Source: Cyanophora paradoxa CCMP329 (lineage: Eukaryota > Plantae > Glaucophyta). From it: a stretch of DNA of 64,000 bases. Both the position numbers and the translations under genes were made by a program. The DNA lies in assembly GCA_004431415.1 (NCBI GenBank), contig QPMI01000656.1:1-64000 (forward strand), written 5' to 3'. Below the pieces are notes generated by a model. It searched no databases. It saw only the letters and a list, made by a program, of their open reading frames with translations, and was not told where the DNA came from. Shown one piece after another: positions 12,163 to 24,648 of the stretch (within the stretch, counting starts at the first letter, position 1; each line of letters begins with the position of its first letter).

Positions 12163-15100
12163 ATGTACATCCGCCACTCACGAGCTCCAGAGCGAGTGTC
12201 AGCGGCCCGCTGCGCTCTGGCTTGCACCCTGGCTTCGCTCTTCCTGGCCGCCTGCTGCCAATGCAAGCCGCTCTCCATTCCCGTGGGCGGCGCCTTCCAG
12301 CTTCAGGACGCCACCGCCGGCGCAATCATGGCTTCCCTTTTCGAGCGAGCACTTGCCAGCCCGCGCACGCAGCCTCGAAGGCTTGGCTGATGGCCGGCCC
12401 TGCGCGTGCGCAGGCTTGGCTTGGCTGAAGTCAACAACCAGACGGCCTTGCTGCCCACGCTCCGGCTCGACGCTCGCATCGCCGACCAGGGCGCGCCCTC
12501 TTCCGCGCGGCTCGAGCCCACCGACGCTGAGACGCGCGCGCCCGCCCGCGGGGCCGCCGCAGGCGGGGACAACAACCAGGCGACGGCCTCGGCGATGCAG
12601 CTGGCCGCCCAGGGCTGCCTCTTCGTGGTTGGCCTCCGCACCAGCAAGGCCGCCGAGCCCATGAGTCCGCCCCCGCCCCCGCCCCCGCCGCCAGGGCGCA
12701 CGCCTCGCGCGCCCCTCTCCGACGCCCCGGCCCGCCCCGCCCCGCAGGCTACGTCCTGAACTCGTTCGCGATCGTGCACACGTCCATCTCCGCCTCTGCC
12801 CCCGCCTTCTCCAACAAGAAAGACTACCGTGCGCCGGGGCGCTCCCGCTCGTCGCTCTTCCCACAGCCGACGGATCCCCGCGCAGCCTTCTACTCGCGAA
12901 TGGTCCCCTCCGAGTGCGCAAGAAGCCCTCGCCCCTCGCCCGCCGCTCGCCCCGCGACCGCCGGCGCCCCCCCGCAGCGCGCTCCAGGGCCAGGCGCTGG
13001 CCCGCCTCGCCTTCTCGTACGGCTGGCGCCGCTGCGCCATCGCGTCCACCCTCGGCGCGCCCCTCCTCTCTCCAACTCCCCCCCCACCCCCACCCCCTCT
13101 CCCCCCGCTAGAGCTGACGCCCCCGGCAGACGTGTACGGGGCGGGCGTCCTGAGCGCCTTCGTGGCGGAGGCCAGGGTCCTGGGCCTCGCCGTCCTGGCC
13201 GCCCCCACCTTCCTCTCGGGCTCCTCCGGCCCCGCCCTCTCCGCCACCGTCGCCGCCCTCAAGGCCTCCGGCCCGCCCCGCCCTTTGATTTGATCTGCGC
13301 CGCCGCCGCGGGCCCGGGCTGACCGTACCCCTCCCCCAAGCAGACGCCCGCGTCATCGTCCTGGCCGCCCTCCACACCGACGTCGCCCCCGTGCGCCCCT
13401 GTACCCCCTCCCTCCCCCCCCTCCTTGACCCTGCGCCCAGCTGCTGGAGGCGGCGGCCGCGGGGGGACTCGTGGGGGACGACTTCGCGTGGCTCCTCTCC
13501 GACTCCGTGCGGCGCCCTCGGCGCCCGCGCCCGCGCCCCTCCGCCTCACTCGCGAGGGGCGCAGATCACGGCGGACTCGTCCCTGAGGGGGAAGAGCGCC
13601 GCCGCGCTGGACGCGCTGCGCGGCGCCGTCGGCATGCGCGCCTTCGGCGGCGGCCCCGTGCGCCCTCCCCCCGTCCCCTTCCCTCTACCCCTTGCCTCTC
13701 CGACACGCGAGCAGCGTACCCCGGAGTACGCTCAGCTGATCGCCAAGTGGGCGTCCCTGGACCCCGCCAAGTACACGGGCGCCGGGGTACCCTTCCTGAC
13801 CTACTACGCCCGTGCGCCCGCTCCTCCCCCTCCGCCCTCGCCGCCGGACGCCCGAGACGCCCCTCTGCGCCTCGCCGCAGCGTTCGCGTACGACGCCGTG
13901 TGGGCCTACGCGCGCGCCCTCGACGCCATGGCGCGCGACGGCGTCGACTTCTCCCGCTACAACTTCACGGTCCGCGCCGCCCGCGGCTGCTCTCAGCGTC
14001 GCTCTGCTTCGCGGTGAACGAGCGGTGAATGGTGCGCGGCAGGGGGCGCAGGGGACGCGGAACTCGCTGGGCCCCGCGCTGTTCCGCTACCTGGCGCGGG
14101 TCTCCTTCGCCGGGGCGACGGGCCCCGTGGCCTTCACCCCGGAGGGCGACCGCGTCGGCGTCTACGAGGTACCCCCGCTCTGCTTCTTCGCTTCTCTGAT
14201 TCTTTGCTTCCTGCTCGCCCTCAAAGGCGCCGCCCAGGTGGTGAACCTGCGGGGCTCGCCCTCGGGCGCCGCCTGGTCCGTCGTCGGCCTCTACGACGGC
14301 TCCGCCTTCGAGCCGCCCAGCCCGCCCGCCCTCTGGCGCTCCGGCTCGGCCTCCCCGCCCCCCGACTCGGCCAGCCGCTGCGACGCGGGCTTCGCGCCGG
14401 ACCCCATCCATGGCTGCCTCCCCTGGTCGGCCCCCCTCTCTCTTCTTTCGTCCCCTCTTCGCCCTTCTGACGCTTCCGCAGCGCGCCGGGCAGCTACGCC
14501 CCGCCCGCCTCGGACGCCTGCCTCCCCTGGTGCACGTACCCCCAGCGCGCGCGCACCGCGACTCCCCCCCGTGCTCTGCGTTGACGCCCGGGCCCGGGGC
14601 CGGCCGGCAGCCCCGCCGGCTTCTACTCCGTCGAGCCCGCGGCCGGCGTCTGCTCTCCGTGTCCCGCCGGCTGGTCCGCCCTGCCCCCCCCCTGCGCTCT
14701 CGAATGCCATGTACCCTCCTCACCCGGGCCTTTTCCTCAGGTTCCAGGACCGCCCCGGCCAGAGCCTCTGCATGGAGTGGTGAGGGTTCTCTGCACCCTC
14801 GGGAGCTCTGTACCCCCGGGCAACCCCCGCCCCTGCCCTCCGCAGCGACGTGGAGAGTTACTCGCAGTACCCCAACGCGACGAACTGCAACCGCTGCCCG
14901 CGCGACTCCGCCACCAACCGCCTCGTACCCCTCCCCTCCCCGAAACCCCCCACCTGAGCCTGAGCCTGAGCGGCGGCGCAGCGGGCGACGACCGCCTCCG
15001 AGTGTCGTTGCCGGGAGGGCCACTTCGCCCCGAGGCCGTTCACGGGTGCCCCCGGCGAGGCCTGCGCCGACTGCCCCCCGGTGCGCCCCCGCCACCCGCG

Positions 15101-18100
15101 ATTCTCGAACGCGCTGTACCCCCTCAATCCTTCCCACAGGGCGCCGCGTGCTCGGGCCCCGACCCACCCGTCGCCCTCGAAAACTACTTCCTGGTACCCG
15201 TACCCGACCCGCGGAGTCTGTACCCCCGGCTCAATTCAATCGCAGATTCCCTGGAGCGTGGAAGCGGGCGGGCGGCCGGTCTTCGAGCGCTGCAGAACGG
15301 ACGGCGCGTGCGTCGGCGGCAAGGACAGCGCCTGCGGTTCGCCTTCGGAAGTCCCCCGAGCAACGAAGTCTGAGGGCCGGGCAGGCGCGGGGTACAGCGG
15401 CCTCGTCTGCGGGCAGTGCGCGCAGGGCTTCGGGCAGTCGAAGCCGTTCGGGTGCCAGCAGTGCGTGCCGCGGGGCGGCCTCCTGACGATCCTGGGCCTC
15501 GGGATCGCCGGCATCCTCGCCGTCCTCGTCTTCTTCACCCTCTCCGCCGTCCACTCCGGCCTCCAGGCCCGCACCGGCCCTTTTCCGAGCCCCGCGCCCC
15601 TCACGCGCCCGCCCGCAGCTTCGGAGCCGCCACTCGGTGATGCTCAAGGTGTGCACTCCCCGCGTGCCCCCTTCCCTTTCCTTCGCCCATGACGGGTACC
15701 GCAGATTCTCCTCAGCTACGTGCAGGTCACGGCCTTCGGGCAGGCCTTCGAGCTCGGCTGGCGTGTACCCCCCTGGAACCCCGTGCCGCCTCGCTCTGAT
15801 TGTTCGCCCACCGCAGGCCCGACGTCCTCATGCGCTTCCTCAACGTCGCGTCCACGGTAACCCCCATCCTGCCCTGCACTGAAGAATCCGTTTCTAACCG
15901 CGTACCCCCGCCAGGCGGCCTCCCCGGTCTCGATGATCGTCTCCCTCGACTGCCTCGCCCCCGCCGACGGAGGCTTCGGCTTCTACCGCCAGGTCCGCCG
16001 CGCCCCCTTCTGGATCCTGCACCCCCTTCTCCCTCTCTCAAGCGCTGTACCCCGGCCCTGAAGTTCGTGATCTACCTCTGCATCCCTTTCATCGCCCTCG
16101 CCTACGCCGCGTGCGTCGCTTCCCTGTACCCCTGCACCCGACCTGAATCGCTGTATCCCCAGGGCCGCGTACCTGGTGGCGGCGCTGTGGCGCCTGCGCT
16201 CCGTCCGCCGCTCGGTGCGCCTCTTTTCCGGCTTCCTCTGATCATTCGGAGGCGAGGCGCGCCGCAGGGGGCGGCGGGCGCTCGCGGGGGCAAGGAGGCC
16301 CCCGAGGGGGCGGATGCCGTACCCATGCGGGGGGCCGCAGGGGCGCCCTCCAGCGTGGGGCCCGGGGCGTCTCAGGGGGAGATCGCCCTCGTGGACCTCG
16401 GCAGCCCCTCGGACGCCGCCAGCACCGCCGGCACGGCCACCCCCCGCCCCTCCGCCCTCGCCCTCTCCGCGCCCCGCGCCGGCCGCCCCGGCGGCCTCGC
16501 CCCGCTGAACGCCAAGCCGGACGGCGGGCTCGCCTCCCTCGTGCCGGCCCCCTGGGAGGTCCTCGCGGAGGAGCGCCCTGCGGCGCGCGCCGAGGCGACC
16601 CTCAGCAGCCTCGCCTCCGAGCTCGAGCCCGCCGCCGCGCCCGACGCCGACGCCGGGGCCGCCCCTGAAGCCGGCGCGAGCCTGGGCCTGGGCACCCTCG
16701 CCGCCCCGGAGGCGCGCGCCTACCGCCCCACCCCGGCCGACTACGGTGCGCCTCCTCCGGTCCTCTCCCTTTCGCTGCCCCTTGCGAGGCCGAGGCCGTC
16801 GGCTTGCGCCGCAGGCATCGCGGCGCTCATCGTCTGCATGTACACCGTCCACCCCGCCGTCTCCCAGGTCGGACCCTCGCCCTCCCCCAGACTTCCGAGC
16901 AGGAGCCTGACCACGGCCACGGCGCACCCGGACTTTAGATGGTGCTGCACGCCTTCAACTGCGTGGAGATCGGCGGCCGCCGCTTCCTCCGCCTCGACGT
17001 CGCCGTCGAGTGCGGCTCGCCCGCCTACCAGCAGTACACCAGTGCGCCCCCGCGCAGGCGCAGACGGGGCAGATCCTCCCTCTCTCTTTCTGAGGCGCGC
17101 GGCTGACCGGCGGGCCGGCTCGCGGTCGGCGCGCGCAGTCTCGCTGGGCGTGCCGGCGATCGTGGTTTACCTCTGGGTGGTGCCCCTCGTCCCCTTCCTC
17201 CTCCTCTTCCTCCAGCGCCGCCGCCTCGACCGCGGCCACCTCCGCGTCCGCTACGCCTTCCTCTGCCGCGGCTTCAAGCGCCGCTACGTCTGGTTCGAGG
17301 TCCGCAGCCGCACTAGGACTCCTCCACGCCGTCTCCGCCCGTGCCGTCCCGTCCCGGCCCGAGGCCCCGGCCGCGGCAGGCGTTCAACCTGGTGAAGAAG
17401 CAGCTGGTCATCTTCATCGCGGTCTTCCTCTCGCAGAAGATCATGGTGCAGGGCCTGCTGGCGCTGGGCCTGCTCGTCGCCGCGACCGCGCCCCTCGCCG
17501 AGGCCCGGCCCTGCGAGCACCGCCTCCTCAACCTCCTCGACGTCGTCCAGCCCACCGCGCGCCCTCACGCTTTGCCTTAGCTTAAGCTCTAGCTTAAGCT
17601 CAGGTGGTGACCTTCACGGTGCTCGGGGGCCTCTTCTTCGGGACCCGCTCCCTCGAGGAGGGCGAGGCCTCCCTCCTCTCCGTCCGCCCCCGCCCCCGCG
17701 CCCCCGGCCCGCGCCTCGAGCCCCTTCGCTTTGAGCGAGCGGCCGGCGGGGCGCAGGCGCTGCTGATCGTCGCCAACTGCGGCTTCCTCGTCCTCTGGCT
17801 CTGGCACTTCACGCGGGAGGTCCTCCAGTACGCCCGCCGCCAGGTGCGCGCCTCGGCGCCGTCGCAGTCGCCGTCGCCGTCGCGATCGCGATCGGGCCCC
17901 GTGCATAGTCTTTGATTCGATGTCGGCCGCGGAGGGCGTCGCAGCGGCACGTGGGGAGGGCGATCGCCGCGGTCCGCGCGGCCGCCGCGCAGGCGTCGGC
18001 CAGCATTCGCAGCCTCCGCAGCATGCGCTCCCCGCCGCCGTCCAGCGCTCTGCCCTCCGGATCCCGTCTCTTCGGGTGCGGCCGGTGCTCTCCGCCCATC

Positions 18101-18434
18101 AAAATTGCTTGCGCCCTTATGAGAGTGCAGAGGGAGCGGGGTGTGGCCGGCGCCGCCGGCGCCGCCGGACGATCCCGCATCCGAAGCAGCAGCCGCGGGG
18201 GCCGCGGCCGCGATCGAGAGAGCCGCCCCGCTGCTGGAACCGGTCCTGGACGCCGGGCCGCTGTCCTCGTCCGGTGCGGAAGCGCAGGCGAGCGGCCGGG
18301 GCGCGGCGGAAGAGGCCGGCACGCCGCGCGGCGACGTCGTGCCGTGGTCGTCCATGGCCGCCCCCGCCTCTGCAGTAGTTAGTAGCGCCCGCCGCCGCCC
18401 CAGCGCCCACGAGATCGACGCCCAGGAGCTCTAG
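12163..18434 (+). CDS. Membrane receptor: signal peptide + ANF-receptor/Venus-flytrap domain + Cys-rich (ephrin/TNFR-like) repeats + multi-pass (~7TM) region
   Basis: Hydrophobic N-terminus; VFT motifs SISASAPAFSNKKDY-PAFYSRMVPSD, QGQALARLAFSYGW, DVYGAG, AAFAYDAVWAYARALD, FAGATGPVAFTPEGDR; CxxC repeats (GYSGLVCGQCAQGFG..CQQC); TM segments with SLDC, LRLDVAVEC, RYAFLCRGFKRRYVWFE, RPCEHRLLNLL. The stop at 18434 is tentative. Confidence 0.8.
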
Positions 18435-18902
18435 GCTCTAGCTTATTGCCCATATGCATACGTATACTTCCGGGTTGGCCTCTAACTAAATGCAACAATG
18501 TAAGTGGCTTAAAACAATTTCTCTGGGGGGGGGCCTCGGCCGCGCGCGGCGAGGTCGCGATCGTGCGCGTGCACGTGCCCGCGGCCGGCCGCGCCACGGC
18601 GGAGCCGCCGGCCCGACGGGCGTGGGAGCCCAAATGCATGCGCATGTATAATTCGAAATGCCCCGTCCTCGCGTCTTTCGTTAAACGTTCGTGTCTTTGC
18701 GGTGCGTCCAACGGTCACGAATCACGATTGCCCCGCCTTTGACGATTTGCATTAGCACATCCATACAACTAATGAAGTTGTATGGATGTGCGCCATCGTT
18801 CGCTACGCGCGTGCACGTGCAGGGGCCAGACGCCCCTCGCGTACGCGTACGCCCCTTCCGCAGACTGAATTCGAAGACTTCCGCAGCTGCAGCGCTAGCG
18901 CT

Positions 18903-19395
18903 TGTCGCGGGCGATGGCAAGTCCGGCTAGAGCTTAGCCGGCTGGACCGGGTGCGGCCGCAGGCCGCGGGCCGGAAGCCGGCTAGGCGGGGCCGGTCGCG
19001 ACTTGGCTTGGTGACTTTCGGGCGCAGCCGAATGATTTTCGGTGCAGCGGTTGTTGGGGTTCAGAACCCAAGTCGGAACCCAATTCGGAATCCTAGAACC
19101 GTGAAAGTCCTAGAAAATACTTGCTAGTTTGCAACGCGGGCTAGTATAAGTAGCCGCTGCCCTGCCAAAGTTGTTATTCTTTGTGAGGCGCACAGCCTCG
19201 AAATACTAGCAGCGAAACTCTGCCTCTCTGCGGCTGCACCTTGCCTTAGCAATTAATATTTGGGAGGGCCTTGCATTGAATTGCACTACTAGCTGGGATC
19301 GCATCTCAGGTCTGTTATTAATCTGTTATTAGGCCTCTGGTTAAAACCCCTAGACTATATCTGGGCCTTGCCCGGATTTAACCAGACGCTTAATA
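18903..19395 (+). repeat. 5' LTR (493 bp)
   Basis: Starts TGTCGCGGGCGATGG and ends ...CGCTTAATA; matches 30111-30603; contains TATAAG at ~19145. Confidence 0.9.
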
Positions 19396-19397
19396 CG

Positions 19398-19405
19398 TGG
19401 GGGCT
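19398..19405 (+). promoter_or_regulatory. Putative primer-binding site, tRNA-Pro type
   Basis: TGGGGGCT lies 2 nt after the LTR end and equals the first 8 nt of the known tRNA-Pro PBS (TGGGGGCTCGTCCGGGAT); it diverges after 8 nt. Confidence 0.6.
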
Positions 19406-22400
19406 GCTCAAAATTTTCAGCTATATAGCTAGCTCTTCAAAGCTAGCTGGCCAACCTCTGCGTCGCGATGCGCATAGCCACTGCGCATCCGGAAGTCGTC
19501 GCGTACTGACCAGAGCCTTTGCGCATGGTCGCAACTCCTACTATCAACTCGGCGCTACCTGCTGCGCGGGTGAGCGGACGCTACCGCGCGCCAGCGCTAC
19601 GCGTCGCTTTAAAAGATGCGTACATGGTCGCCCTGCCTGGGCTAGCTACTAGGCTAGCGCACTAGCAGCCGCGGCGTGACGCCGCTAACGGGGCGCCGGC
19701 ATGCGCATGCGCACGCGCGCGCGTACGTCTGCGCCGCGACCAGTGTCTGATCCGGGCCTGCTCGACGCAGCGTTCGCATCTCAGGCCTAGGCCGGATCGG
19801 ATTCTGCGGCGCGAGCGCACTCGAGCTCTACAGGCGTGGCATCGCCGGCCGCGGCGGCCGACGGGCGCCGAGCTCGCCGATTCGACGCCGAGCTCGCGGG
19901 GGCCGCCGGGCGCGCTATAGCTAGCTCCGATTTATGCTTGGCCTCACGTGCTTTTTCTTCGCCGAAAAGCTCGCATGAATTATATATAGATCACGAGAGT
20001 ATTGTTTCTCTACCTACTTCTATGACGTGATCTATTCTGCCACGCGTACGACGGCTACTGCCACTCGGCGGGCTAGTTTCTATTCTATTATTAATTCGCG
20101 ACTATATTGCTGCGTGCATATATTGTGTTTGGCAGTCGCGGGGAGCACGGTTTTGCGGCGCAAAACCGGAGAGAACCTTCCACCGTGTTGGGATCACGGT
20201 TTATCAGTTCTCTCAAGCCGAGGATACCGGCGGATGCTTCCCCAGGGGTCCACATCAAGTGCTTTTTTCTGACGAGCTACTGCGAGTCTACAATTGCTGT
20301 ACCCCTCTGGGTTAGTGCCCGATTTCTTGAGGGGCATCTGGCCCAGGCCTCTCACGTGGTCGGCCGCAGCCTTCACGTGATTCGGAGGCGGGGTACAGCG
20401 ACCGCTGGTAAGTACAGCGGTTTGAGACGGAGGCAGGAAATAGTTGGTGGGCCGGCGGGCTTCGCCCGCCGTGCACAAACCAGACCAAGGCCAGGCCTCA
20501 AGCAGCAGCAGCAGCTCAGCAAGTAAAAGAAGCTTTTAAGCTGAAGCACTCGATAGTACTTGTGGAACTATCGGGGGGCAGCATCATGGCAAGCTTATGG
20601 CGAGCCTGTGCGTGCTCACGATCAGTCGCTATAGCCATCTTTATAAAAAATTAAATTTAATAGTCACTGATCATCGGATAGATATATCGATGTCGCTCGT
20701 AATGTGAAAACGGATATTATATTCCGAGATCGGAATCCGGGACTGCCGCGTTGACCGCGGCTGAAGAGCTTGAGCTCGATGTATCGTAGAAAGTCTGAAC
20801 TCGAGCTCGCGATCGCACGTCAACGTCGCGAGCTCGAGACCGCCGCCGTGCAGCTTGTCGCGACTCGCGAGAGAGTTCACCAGCTGCATCTTTCGAGTTC
20901 GTGCGCCAGCTTCATTAATATTAGGAGCTCAAACAGAATCCGGCAACGCCCGTTCAATTCTGAAATTTAGTTCGAACGTTAACCCCCGCACGCGAACGCG
21001 GGCGATCTGGTGCACGTGGCCGCAGTGGTCACGGGGGCACGGGGGGTCGTTGAGATCACGGTATCCCCCCTGTCGCAATTCATGATTGTGAGCGATATCA
21101 TCCGATGATCGTTTTTGTTGCCACGTTCTAAGTTGACGTCGCCACGGGCACTCGACACAATGTGGGCTCATCACAGCATCGCGAGATCTAGATCTAGATC
21201 TAGAGGACAGGCACTCTAGATCTGCCGCTCCGCGGCCGATCTCGCTCATCGGGGTCGGAGTATCGATATCGACAGCATAGTATCGCGATCGATATCGTAG
21301 AATCGATATCGATGCAGATGGATTGCAATTGCGCAATTGCGCCGGCGCACTGCGCGGCAGTGTACGTGTTCATTTTCGTCGGACGGTGCAATTAATGTTG
21401 CCGTGCGTGTTTGCATCGTTGACAATTGGCGCAGTGCCAGGCCCCGCGGCCGGGCCCTGATCATGATCATGAGGGCTTGGGTGCACACGTACGCGTGCCG
21501 GCGTGGCCGCGCGAAAGACTCCGGTCCGTCCATGACCAGGGGTGCAATTGCAATTGCAAGCATACTACTTTATATGACCGTCGGACCAAAATCATATACT
21601 ATGATATGCGCGCGTTACTATAATGCTGTATATGATCTTGTGCATAGGCATTAATTACCGCCGGGCCGGGGTCAATCGGCCAAGGCTACCAAGATCGCGC
21701 CGCAACGCGCGCTGCGGCACGCGTACGTCCCGTGATCCTAGAGTCCGACGGTCCTGATGCAAGCTCACGCCGACGCCGTTTGAGCTTGATTACGACGCGT
21801 ACGGGTGCCGGCCGCGGGCGCTTGATCATGAATTGTTGCCCGGAGGCTATATATATATAGCGATATATATATGACGTACGTTGACGTCCGATCGCGATCC
21901 GAAAACAGCCTGGCAGCTCAATTTGCAATGCCAACTAATATATGTATCCGATGACCGCATGCGCGCAAGGGCGCTGCGGCCGGCGTCCACGTCGCGTCGA
22001 CGTACGCGTCGGATTACGACGGCCCCGGCCTTCCCAAGCTGAAGGGAGGACGTGCGCCGCCGGGCCGTGCAATTTTTGCAAGGGACGATCGCGAGATCGC
22101 CGGTTCGCGTTCGAATTCAACGGTTGGCAGTGACCTTTATGACGCGCGCGGCGCGGACCGACAGCTGGAACCGCAGGGGTGACTCAGGAAGTGGTCTTCT
22201 TAGCGTTGTGCATGTAAAATTGCCATAAGAGAGAGACTGAGGTCTCAAGGGCCGGGCCGGGGCCCGGCGCCGCCCGGGGCCGGGGGGGCGCGAAGCTGTG
22301 AATCGATTGCAAGATCTAGAGTCTAGATCTGGGTACCGCCGAGTCGCCGACGTGCCGACGCCGGTACTGGTATGCGCGCGCGCATGTGGCGGCCGCGGGA

Positions 22401-23821
22401 CCGTATAAGTACTACGGTAGTGCGGCACAATAAGTCTTATTTGATGATCGATATCGATCTGGACGATCAATGATCATGATTGCGATCGTATTGCGAGCAA
22501 GTTCGAGTGCTGCGCATGCGGCGCGCGATTCTGAATATTGCGCATGCGGCGCGCGATCGCACAATTGATCATATTTGATCATGAATGGTTGATCATGATC
22601 ATCGGATCGCACGCGAAGCTCACTGAGTCACTGACGTCGACGAGTCAAGTCGACTCGGATTGATATATATATATCCGAACATCGGAAACCCGCGCCGCTC
22701 CTGTGTACAGCGCACGTGTACCGCGGCCGTGCCATGGCCAGGTGTGCGGATCGTGGGGCCACTTCAAGATAGAGTGCATGTGCATGTATACGTATGCGCC
22801 ACCGAAATTAACTTGCGTTGCAGTATCTGCATACATATATATATATATCCGGCCGCCGGGCACAGCTACTAGGCTAGATCTAGATCTAGATCTAGATCTG
22901 CTGACCGCGGGGTGGACGCACACACTCGCGATCGGCGGCAGTGCCGGTAGCGCTCAGCGTCGACGTCTAATCTAGCGCTAGCGCTCGCGATCGCCCGGCG
23001 CCGCCGGCCGAAAGGAGCTCGAGAAAAAAAAAATTCGGTGACGCTGCATGCGCATATGCGCATGCAAATGCGTCCGGAGTCCGGATGGAAAGTTGACTCG
23101 CAATCATATGCATGATCATGAATTCGAATATATGTAAGAGCCGCGGCGGTCGGCCGCGGTGGGCGCGCGGCCTCGCCTAAGTTAACGTTCACGTTCGCGA
23201 GTTCGGCGTGCTCCGAGGCTCAGCGACCGTCGGACGGCTTGTCGGCCGGTACATGCATATAATAATAATGGGGGCTCGGCAGCCTCGGCGGCTCCGAGGC
23301 CGAGGCTCACTAGATCTAGATCTGTTGCCAGTGCCAGAACTTGTGGGCGTACTGCGGCGCTTATATATATATTGGACCGTGATGTCGGGGGAGGGCAAGC
23401 CCGCAGGGTGAGCCCGCAGACCAGGCTATAGGTTCGCTGCGCGCGCGCCCCTGCCGCATGCGCAACCGTGCGAGAGCTAGGGTCAACGAGCCTTTGTATT
23501 GTAGCGCTCAGAAGCACGTACGCCTGCCACCAAGGCAGGCAAGGCGGAGGCGGCGCGGCGGGCCACCTGGCCCAGGGGCTGCAAGGGAGAGGCGGCCACC
23601 AGTGCCGCCTCTTGGCCGCCCCGCGAGGCTGCGCCTGCGCCGCGGCGCTGGGCGCGCCGCCAAGAAGAGCCGCCGCAGCCGCCCTGCACTCTAAGACTGC
23701 GGGGTAAATGTCAGGCGAGGCTGTGCCTGCGTCACGGGAAAGGGGGGCGCGCACCCAGAAGCCCTTCGGCCGCTGCGCAGTCTGCCGCCCAGAAGAAGAA
23801 GAGGGGCCGCCCCAGGCCACT

Positions 23822-24617
23822 CCGCAGTCTGAAACTGCGGGGGCCGCGTCAGGCGCGGCTTACGCCGAAGAGGAGAGAGGGGCGCACCAAGCAGGTCGCC
23901 CCGGGCCGCCCCGCAGTTCGAAAACTGCGGTGGGCCGCGTCATCAGGCGCGGCTGCGCCTGCGCCGAAGAGAAGAGCGGGGCGTTCACCAAGAGGCTCGC
24001 CCCGGGCCGCCCCGCAGTTCGAAAACTGCGGGGGCCGCGTCAGGCGAGGCTGCGCCTGCGCCGAAGAGAGAAGGGGGGCGCACCGAGAAGTTCGCCCCGG
24101 GCCGCCCCGCAGTTCAAAAACTGTGGAGGCCGCGTCGGGCGCGGCTGCGCCTGCGCTGAAGAGGGGAGAGGGGCGCACGCCGAGTGGGTGGCGCCGGGCC
24201 GCTCCGCAGTCTGAAACTGCGGGGGCTGCGTCGGCGAGGCTGCGCCTGCGCCGAAGCGAGAGGGGGGGCGCACGCGAGAAGGGACGCCCCAGGCCGCTCC
24301 GCAGTTTGAAACTGCGGGGGCCACCTCACAGAGAGAGCGGGGCGCACCGAGAGGGGCTGCCCCAGGCCGCTCCGCAGTCTGAAACTGCGGGGGCCACCTC
24401 AGAGAGACAGAGCGGGGCGCACCGAGAGGGGCCGCCCCGGGCCGCTCCGCAGTCTGAAAACTGCGGGGGCCACCTCAGAGAGAGAGCGGGGCGCACCGAG
24501 AGGGGCTGCCCCAGGCCGCTCCGCAGTCTGAAACTGCGGGGGCCACCTCAGAGAGAGAGCGGGGCGCACCGAGAGGGGCCGCCCCGGGCCGCTCCGCAGT
24601 CTGAAACTGCGGGGTCC

Positions 24618-24648
<31 letters not shown>

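Noticed and set aside
20268-20300. Hammerhead ribozyme core (CTGACGAG), i.e. a retrozyme
   Set aside because: There is no stem II followed by GAAA, and no hammerhead core is visible in the LTRs or array units.
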